Shown here: positions 26,201 through 32,000 of the stretch, in pieces
How the letters are laid out: every line of letters begins with the position of its first letter
How positions within the stretch are numbered: position 1 is the first letter of the stretch
From: Candidatus Brocadia sp.
GTDB lineage: Bacteria > Planctomycetota > Brocadiia > Brocadiales > Brocadiaceae
NCBI GenBank assembly: GCA_021650915.1
Contig: CP091279.1
Span: 1,950,001 to 1,982,000, forward strand
Length of the DNA: 32,000 bases
Direction: 5' to 3'
Position numbers and translations under genes: made by a program
The notes under the pieces: model-generated
Seen by the model: the letters and a program-made list of their open reading frames with translations, nothing else
Told to the model about the DNA's origin: nothing
The model's database searches: none

Positions 26201-28148
26201 TTTTTTTCAGATGAACAATGCGATAATGATCCCTGGTTCAGAGATACGCGGCATGATAAGCGCCGTGTATGAAGCAATGACAAATTCCTGTTTTCGCATC
26301 TTCCACGAGAAGCAATATCTGACGAGAAGAATCTCTCCCGAAGATAAAGAATTGAGAGAATTCATCCCGGGGATAGTCAGGATAATAAACGGAGACGTGT
26401 ATATTGAAAAGGCAGAAAGGGAGTACCGCCTGCCTCTCTATGATGATGTGCATATCATTACGAATTATGAAGAGCTGGAATATGAAAAATATATTAAGAA
26501 AAACCCTGGCCGGGAGCAAAAGATAAAGAATGCCCATCGCTTCAATAAAAACATAGCGCGTATTGCAGAATCCAACAGAAACTATTTATGCTCTCTGGAT
26601 CGCGCCGTTCGGCGTGAAATCTTATCGGGCAGGAAAAAAGTGAATTTCCGGTTGGTGAAGGTAAACGATAATAAAAATCCGGATAAAGAAGCTGTTGAGT
26701 TATGCAAGACCGGGCCATTAGAGGGCCTTGTGAAATTCAGCGGTTTGAACGCAGTAAACATATCAAACCTGCGTCCCGGAACAGCAGAGGAGGGATTTGA
26801 TGCCAAATGGGATATGTGGTCGTTAAATATTATTCTGAATCGTATGGATGTGCGAAACAGCCAAAAGAAGGAATATCCAAGGCCAGCGTTACATTTTAAT
26901 CACGATGGCAAGGAGTACACTATTCCTAAACGATGTGAAAGGGTCTTTGTGAGGGCAGAAGCAGGGAAAAGGGCTGAGACGGAGGGTTCTTATAAAGTGC
27001 CCCGTAAGGTGCAGGAACAGTACCAAAATATCCTGCGTGATTACGAGTCTAACATTGGCCATATCGATAATACGTTCAGAACGTTGATTGAAAACTGTGG
27101 CCTGAACAATGGGAGCCTGGTATATTTTAAACCTGATAACAGTCGTAAGGAAGTAGTGGCAATAACCCCGGTAAAAATATCCCGGAAAACCGACCGCCTG
27201 CCCCAGGGAGACAGATTTCCACACACCTCTTCAGACCTCCGGCCATGCGTAAGGGATTGCCTGGATACCGAGGGCGATATTCGCATGCTTGAGAATTCAC
27301 CTTTCAAAAGACTCTTCCATATACATCCCGAAGGTCTGTGTCCTGCATGTCAATTGTTTGGCACAACGAACTACCGGGGCAGGGTTCGCTTCGGTTTTGC
27401 CAGTTTGAGTGATGGCCCAAAATGGTTCAGGAAAGACGAGGGTAACGAAACGTGTCATATAACCCTGCCCTTGCTGGAAAGACCGCGACCCACCTGGTCA
27501 ATGCCGGATGATACCAGCACGATTCCGGGGAGAAAGTTTTATGTGCATCATATGGGCTATGAAACCGTGAAGAAAAATCAGCGGACTCTTGTAAAAACGG
27601 AGAATAACCGCACCGTAAAGGCATTAGACAAAGAGAATGAATTTACCTTTGAAGTTTTTTTCGAAAATCTGAGAGAGTGGGAATTGGGGCTTCTCTTACA
27701 TTGTCTGGAACTTGAACCGGAGATGGGACATAAGCTTGGTATGGGTAAACCGCTCGGATTTGGAAGTGTGAAGATACGGATAGACAAATTACAGAAGTGT
27801 GTCGTAAACGTAAAAGACGGTTGCGTTTTGTGGGAACCGGAAGAAGATAAGATTCAGCATTATATTGCCAAAGGCCTGGGAAAATTAACAACGTGGTTTG
27901 GGAAAGAGTGGGATCGTCTCGAACATATCCAGGGGCTGCGCTCACTGCAGAGACTTCTCCCCCTGAACGAAAATCTCACCGTAAAATATCCTGCTCTCAA
28001 TAACGAAAGCGATGGCGCTGAATCAGGCTACACCTATGAAGAACTTTCCAAAACAAGAGAATCAGAAGGGAAAGCGAAGAAAATTCAGGGGAGAATACGC
28101 GACCTCAAAACCCCCTGGAAAGAGATAGCTCAAAAGGTGAAGCATTGA
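23247..28148 (+). CDS. cas7-11: Cas7-11 / gRAMP-like single-protein type III-E effector (four fused Cas7/RAMP modules plus a Cas11-like region)
   Basis: 1633 aa from the ATG at 23247; the ORF is open from a TTG at 23223. There are four RAMP glycine/arginine motifs: ITGTLLRS (from nt 23415), RIPRSVLRG (24666), IKGETIRG (25422) and IPGSEIRG (26229). Each is paired with a Cys cluster: CC...C..C (23502-23637), C...CxC..C (24732-24777), CxC..C...FG (25506-) and C...C...C..CQLFG (-27348). A terminal G-rich loop GMGKPLGFGSVKI starts at nt 27738. The gene lies directly upstream of a CRISPR array whose repeat ends in the III-E-type ATGTCACGGTAC. Confidence 0.9.
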   Translation: MSKTDDKIDIKLTFLEPYRMVNWLENGLRMTDPRYLRGLSFARWHRNKNGKAGRPYITGTLLRSAVIRAAEELLSLNLGKWGKQLCCPGQFETEREMRKNKTFLRRRPTPAWSAETKKEICTTHGSACAFCLLLGRRLHGGKEDVNEDAPGSCRKPVGFGNLSLPFQPTKRQIQDVCKERVLNRVDFRTGKAQDYFRVFEIDHEDWGVYTGEITITEPRVQEMLEASLKFVDTLCGALCRIEIVGSADETKRTTSSKEGCPASTTTRDCSSSENDDTSPEDPVREDLKKIAHVIANAFQNSGNREKVHALADAIRAMRLEESSIINTLPKGKSEKTTEQIEVNKHYLWDEIPVNDTSVRHILIEQWRRWQSKKDDPEWWKFCDFLGECLYKEYKKLTSGIQSRARVMGETEYYGALGMPDKVIPLLKSDKTKEWILVGSLKAETPFFFGLETEQTEEVEHTSLRLVMDKKGRFRIPRSVLRGALRRDMRIAFDSGCDVKLGSPLPCDCSVCQVMRSITIKDSRSEAGKLPQIRHRIRLNPFSGTVDEGALFDIEVAPEGVIFPFVMRYRGEEFPPALLSVIRYWQDGKAWLGGEGATGKGRFALAKDLKMYEWKLEDKSLHAYIDTYGHRGNEHAIGTGQGIDGFRSGSLSDLLSDISKESFRDPLASYHNYLDKRWIKVGYQITIGAPLLSADPIGALLDPNNVDAIVFEKMKLDGDQVKYLPAIKGETIRGIVRTALGKRNNLLAKNDHDDCTCSLCAIFGNENETGKIRFEDLEVYDKDIAKKIDHVAIDRFTGGARDQMKFDTLPLIGSPERPLRLKGLFWMRRDVSPDEKARILLAFLEIREGLYPIGGKTGSGYGWVSDLEFDGDAPEAFKEMNSKRGKQASFKEKISFRYPSGAPKHIQNLKATSFYYPHYFLEPGSKVIREQKMIGHEQYYESYPSGASGEKLLSGRIICSMTTHTPLIVPDTGVIKDPENKHATYDFFQMNNAIMIPGSEIRGMISAVYEAMTNSCFRIFHEKQYLTRRISPEDKELREFIPGIVRIINGDVYIEKAEREYRLPLYDDVHIITNYEELEYEKYIKKNPGREQKIKNAHRFNKNIARIAESNRNYLCSLDRAVRREILSGRKKVNFRLVKVNDNKNPDKEAVELCKTGPLEGLVKFSGLNAVNISNLRPGTAEEGFDAKWDMWSLNIILNRMDVRNSQKKEYPRPALHFNHDGKEYTIPKRCERVFVRAEAGKRAETEGSYKVPRKVQEQYQNILRDYESNIGHIDNTFRTLIENCGLNNGSLVYFKPDNSRKEVVAITPVKISRKTDRLPQGDRFPHTSSDLRPCVRDCLDTEGDIRMLENSPFKRLFHIHPEGLCPACQLFGTTNYRGRVRFGFASLSDGPKWFRKDEGNETCHITLPLLERPRPTWSMPDDTSTIPGRKFYVHHMGYETVKKNQRTLVKTENNRTVKALDKENEFTFEVFFENLREWELGLLLHCLELEPEMGHKLGMGKPLGFGSVKIRIDKLQKCVVNVKDGCVLWEPEEDKIQHYIAKGLGKLTTWFGKEWDRLEHIQGLRSLQRLLPLNENLTVKYPALNNESDGAESGYTYEELSKTRESEGKAKKIQGRIRDLKTPWKEIAQKVKH

Positions 28149-28405
28149 TAGATGATGGCTTTTACAGGGCAGGGAAGATCCCATGAGGGTATTTTCAAAA
28201 GGGAAAAGAAACGACAAAATTATCTGTAACCAGGTATTGGCAAAGTGGTTATCTATAATTTCGTCAAAAACCATCGTTTTCCCCTTTGGTATCAATAACT
28301 TACATCGGTTTTTCCGATTTCAGACCATGAATCGCCTATGGGAAATGAAGGGTGTATGGAAATGCACATTTAACTCATTTGATTCAGATAGGTTATACGG
28401 GAGCG
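28149..28405 (+). promoter_or_regulatory. CRISPR leader
   Basis: A 257-bp AT-rich non-coding stretch between the cas7-11 stop and the first repeat. It contains a perfect TATAAT at 28254-28259 with only a weak -35. Degenerate repeats lie at the opposite end of the array, which supports leader polarity. Confidence 0.5.
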
Positions 28406-29701
28406 GTTGGCAAGGACGTCCTACCTTTATATGTCACGGTACTTTTTTATTAGACTAGCTGATAGATACCTGTTCGGATGTTGGCAAGGACGTCCTACCT
28501 TTATATGTCACGGTACCCATATTCTCTCGGCCGTGTCGTAGCCTACGACAAAGGTTGGCAAGGACGTCCTACCTTTATATGTCACGGTACCTTACTTGTG
28601 CCCTCTTCCTTCAACAACTCATCAGCCAGTTGGCAAGGACGTCCTACCTTTATATGTCACGGTACCTATTATTAAACTAGGCGCGTGGAGCCCGCTAATC
28701 GTTGGCAAGGACGTCCTACCTTTATATGTCACGGTACATTTTACGTCGATCCACGGCACATTGTCGTCCACTGTTGGCAAGGACGTCCTACCTTTATATG
28801 TCACGGTACGAATACAACTACCATCGGTCGGACTCCGACCTTTCGTTGGCAAGGACGTCCTACCTTTATATGTCACGGTACATCTGCTATCCTAATTGCT
28901 AAAAGGATCGGGCAATCCCCGGGTTGGCAAGGACGTCCTACCTTTATATGTCACGGTACTTTTTCCCTTCCAATTCATCTTTCCTCCTCCTCCCCGCGTT
29001 GGCAAGGACGTCCTACCTTTATATGTCACGGTACATCCAAATGATGTTCCATGTTCCACCTCCCCACAGACAGTTGGCAAGGACGTCCTACCTTTATATG
29101 TCACGGTACACACAGACCGCCTACAACGTGTCCGGCGATCTTTGTGGTTGGCAAGGACGTCCTACCTTTATATGTCACGGTACAGATCCCTCCGCCTCTT
29201 TTCACACAGACCGCCTACAGTTGGCAAGGACGTCCTACCTTTATATGTCACGGTACGCTACCACAACGCGCCCTTCGCTTATAGGTTTTTTGGTTGGCAA
29301 GGACGTCCTACCTTTATATGTCACGGTACCCATCCTCTCTGGCAGCGTCCGATAACCCCACCATATGTTGGCAAGGACGTCCTACCTTTATATGTCACGG
29401 TACAGCGCATCCCTCAAGTTGCCATCCCTGTCCCACATCTGTTGGCAAGGACGTCCTACCTTTATATGTCACGGTACTTGATGCCCGATGCCACAATGGC
29501 GTGGGCTCCGGCATCTGTTGGCAAGGACGTCCTACCTTTATATGTCACGGTACTCGCCCTTTCGCAGTACTGAAAATTGATTCCGTCAAAAGTTGGCAAG
29601 GACGTCCTACCTTTATATGTCACGGTACTTAAGGTGAAGCATTCTCCTTTCTCTCTAACTCTTCAATGGTTGGCAAGGACGTCCTACCTTTATATGTCAC
29701 G
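28406..29701 (+). CRISPR. CRISPR array, main part: 17 intact 37-bp repeats plus the first 33 nt of repeat 18
   Basis: The repeat is GTTGGCAAGGACGTCCTACCTTTATATGTCACGGTAC. Copies start at 28406, 28480, 28554, 28629, 28701, 28773, 28845, 28923, 28998, 29073, 29147, 29220, 29293, 29367, 29441, 29517, 29592 and 29669. There are 17 unique spacers of 35-41 bp. Confidence 0.97.
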
Positions 29702-31742
29702 CAGGGTAACGTCAAAGTCATGCTAGGCAAAAAAGGGGGAGTGTCAGGGCAAGGGAAAGAAGGGGTTTGAAGAGGGAAAAACGAGCAAAGACACGAAAAG
29801 ATGACAAAAAAAGGCATAAAAGACAAGGGAATCCCCATGTGCCTCGAAGGGCATGGGAAATAAGGGGGGAAGGGGAAGAAAGAGACGTTATAAGCGAAGG
29901 AGTTTCAGGGCAAGGTGAGGTTGGTAGGTTAAATTTCTAAGAGTTTGTGCGATAGCGGTTCTTCCCAGTGAGCGAAAGATGCTGATGATGCAATTTTTGA
30001 GGGAGGCCATAACCCTGGGTGCATGGTTTGTTCGAATCGGGGAGCGGTCTTCATCAAAGGTGACATCACGAACGTAATGGAGGCTGTTTTCAATACTCCA
30101 ATGTCCCCGGTTCAAGCGGAGTATGCGGGCAGGGTCTGCCTTTTGTTGCGTAAGGCTGGTAATGCCATAGACCGTTTCTTCGGTTGTTTTTTGGGATTTG
30201 AGGTAGGTAAATTTTCTGTGGATACAAAAGACCTGTCCAACCAAGGGGAATGCAAGGTAATGGTTTAAATCGGCGCTGGTCCAGACCTGGCGGATTTCAA
30301 TGCGTCCGTGATGTTTGTCGATGGTTTTGTGCTGAGGGGGGAAAAGAGACCAGGCGGAGGTCTTCGATATGTTGTCTGAGAGTGGGTTGGTTGTCTTTTA
30401 CGGTAAAGAGGTAATCGGCTTTCTTGTCTTCAACGAGATACCGCGCCGTCTCTTTTTGGGTATGCAGGGCATCGAGAGTGACCACCTTGTCCTTGATGTC
30501 TAAGGGGTCAAGGAGGGTTTTCAGCGTTGGGATTTCGTTGGTTTTCTGGTCAACGGGACATTGGGCGATAACGACGCCTTTTTGCTGGAGAAAGGCAGAG
30601 AGGAGATGGATTTTCTGCCCGTTTTCCTGGTATGCGCCCTTGAGGGTCTTCCCGTCAATGGCAATGGCGGTATCTTCTCCGGCAAGGGACTGAAGCCAGC
30701 CGTAGAGGGCCGTATCTACCGCTTCGGCATCAACGTCTTGCAGGAACCTGCGGATGGTAGGTTCGCTGGGAGGTTCATAGATGCCGGTCTTTGGGTTCAG
30801 ACGACAGCCGAGACGTTTGAGCATATTTTGACTGCATGATTTTGCCCACTCAGCGATAGCGGCAAAGCTTGTGGCAGAACACAGCAGGGCGCAAAGAGAA
30901 AGGGTCATGACGGAGAGCTTTCTGTGTCGTTTGCCGCGTGATAGACGGGGATCAGGAATCTGGGATAATCGTTCTTTCAGTGATTCAGCATCTTTCAGAG
31001 AAAGGCGCATCGGTTTTACCTCCTTTGGGGTGTTTCGGGTTTCGAGATACGGTTCAGAGAGTTTTCTTTTCCCATCGGGAAGAACAGGACGAACAAAGAC
31101 CATCTTGGGTTGGTTGTGGGAATAATACCGGTGAGCGCATTTTGCAAACCCGCGGGTATATCCCAGAAACTCCCAGCCCTGGGCCTTGTAACAGGTGCCC
31201 TTGAAAGAGCGCGGATCGACAAAGGTCTCTGCAAGATAGATCGGATGGTTATAGATGGTTTGCCAGTCCCGGGATAATCGTTTGAGATTCCGGGCGAGGA
31301 CATAAGAGGCAAGGTTGGGTATACGGACATGAGGGAAGATCAGGAAACGACTGTTATTGGCAACAAAAGACAACCGCCGGTACTGAAGAAAGCAAGGCCA
31401 TCCTATCCAGCGGTCTCGTACCTTGCATTTGAGCGCCGCTGCTGACCATCCGATCAAGGCAAGCCATTGTCCCTGGTGTATCGCCAGATACCGGATGCTT
31501 TCCCCGATCAGAGAGTGAAGCCCAGGATAATGGTATTGGCGCATGAGTTCGTCCCATCGGGTTCGTTCTTCCCGACGGATGGGTCTTACTTCAATGCCGT
31601 GAAGACCGCCCGATGGTACTACGCTTTTTCGTGTCTCTTCATGGTTCATGAATCTATTATACAAGAACCATTTTGAAAAAGTCAGTTTATTCCTTTTCTT
31701 TTTTACGTGTCAGTACTTGCGCTTATACTTGACGTAGCCCTG
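29702..31742 (-). mobile_element. ISAs1-family-like insertion sequence inserted in CRISPR repeat 18
   Basis: 2041 bp. The imperfect terminal inverted repeats CAGGGTAACGTCAA (29702-29715) and TTGACGTAGCCCTG (31729-31742) match at 12 of 14 positions. A 10-bp direct duplication ATATGTCACG lies at 29692-29701 and 31743-31752. Removing the IS and one duplication copy restores an intact 37-bp repeat. Confidence 0.85.
29888..31664 (-). pseudogene. ISAs1-type DDE transposase with an N-terminal DUF4338-like domain, frameshifted
   Basis: The 455-aa ORF (31664-30297) carries the ISAs1 hallmark LSQIPDPRLSRGKRHRKLSVMTLSLCALLCSATSFAAIAEW. The second frame (open from ~30350, ending at 29888) continues with HKTIDKHHGRIEIR...GHWSIENSLHYVRDVTFDEDRS. 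The frames switch near the G6/A4 homopolymers at 30336-30345. Confidence 0.8.
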
Positions 31743-31832
31743 ATATGTCACGGTACTAATCGTTTTCGTTTGCGATTACATTTTTGCCACTTTTTGTTGA
31801 TAAGGATGTCCTGCCTTTCTTGCATTCCCCGT
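31743..31832 (+). CRISPR. distal end of the same CRISPR array: 3' part of repeat 18, spacer 18, degenerate terminal repeat
   Basis: ATATGTCACGGTAC (31743-31756) is followed by a 39-bp spacer (31757-31795). The diverged repeat GTTGATAAGGATGTCCTGCCTTTCTTGCATTCCCCGT (31796-31832) matches 19 of the first 23 positions, and its 3' third is degenerate. Confidence 0.8.
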
Positions 31833-32000
31833 TTACCTCCAGTATTGTTGAAAGCCTGCCTGAGTGCAATTCTGACTCGAAGTAAGGGTTTTTATTAATT
31901 GTCAGAAACTCACCCACCTTTTTTACAAAGAGAACCCCGTCTTTTTCCAATCGTTACCGTTCATTCCATAAACAGATTTCCACATCTTCTTTTCGTCGAT

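Noticed and set aside
21742-28212. A shared 9-mer, AAAAGAAAC, occurs upstream of rpoE (21742-21750) and in the CRISPR leader (28204-28212). It could be a -35 element (GAAAC) recognised by the ECF sigma.
   Set aside because: No matching -10 (CGT-type) element is found at the required 16-17 nt spacing in either copy. An A-rich 9-mer in AT-rich intergenic DNA is weak evidence.
28236-28272. A leader segment, ATTGGCAAAGTGG...GTCA, resembles the start of the CRISPR repeat and could be a decayed leader-proximal repeat.
   Set aside because: Only about 17 of 37 positions match, concentrated in TTGGCAA. This cannot be distinguished from chance, and there is no spacer-like periodicity to repeat 1.
28596-29632. 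Several long plus- and minus-strand ORFs (up to 225 aa) contain reiterated peptides such as VGKDVLPLYVTV, WQGRPTFICHGT and ARTSYLYMSRY.
   Set aside because: They are translations of the 37-bp CRISPR repeat in three frames. Their periodicity equals the repeat-plus-spacer unit, so they are not genes.
28134-29643. A 13-nt identity (AAGGTGAAGCATT) links the 3' end of cas7-11 (28134-28146) and spacer 17 (29631-29643), which could suggest self-targeting.
   Set aside because: A 13-nt match is roughly what chance predicts for ~670 nt of spacers against 64 kb of two-strand sequence. It is also same-sense, so the crRNA would not pair with the cas7-11 mRNA.
29629-29838. A 69-aa minus-strand ORF spans the left IS boundary into the last spacer and repeat.
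   Set aside because: It crosses the IS/CRISPR junction and includes translated repeat sequence, so it is an artefact of the purine-rich IS end.

Overview
This 32-kb chromosomal window is bacterial. A Planctomycete or anammox-like host is my guess from gene content and cannot be proven from the sequence alone. Positions 1-19.1 kb hold ordinary housekeeping and metabolic genes: an archaeal-type SAM synthetase, universal stress proteins, a GH57 glucan branching enzyme with a DUF4912 partner, a CDF metal exporter, TyrRS, a CPBP protease, YjbQ, the hopanoid genes hpnH and an hpnG-like phosphorylase, purE, mtnA, and a Bat-like lipoprotein/TPR/vWA cluster. Two copies of a ~245-bp structured intergenic repeat lie at 15.2 kb and 17.8 kb. 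The stand-out is at 19.2-31.8 kb, a compact single-effector type III CRISPR-Cas locus of the III-E kind. Its gene order is a TPR-CHAT caspase-like protease (Csx29-like, 773 aa), an ECF/RpoE-like sigma factor (191 aa), a 289-aa soluble protein with two tandem zf-HC2 anti-sigma motifs, and a 1633-aa fusion protein carrying four RAMP/Cas7-like modules (Cas7-11/gRAMP-like). These are followed by a 257-bp leader and a CRISPR array of identical 37-bp repeats ending in ATGTCACGGTAC. No cas1, cas2, cas6 or cas10 is visible. The array is interrupted precisely inside its 18th repeat by a 2041-bp ISAs1-like insertion sequence with a 10-bp target-site duplication. One further spacer and a degenerate terminal repeat lie beyond the IS. 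Two neighbouring spacers overlap by 16 nt, and the spacers as a set are strongly C-rich and G-poor on the crRNA strand.
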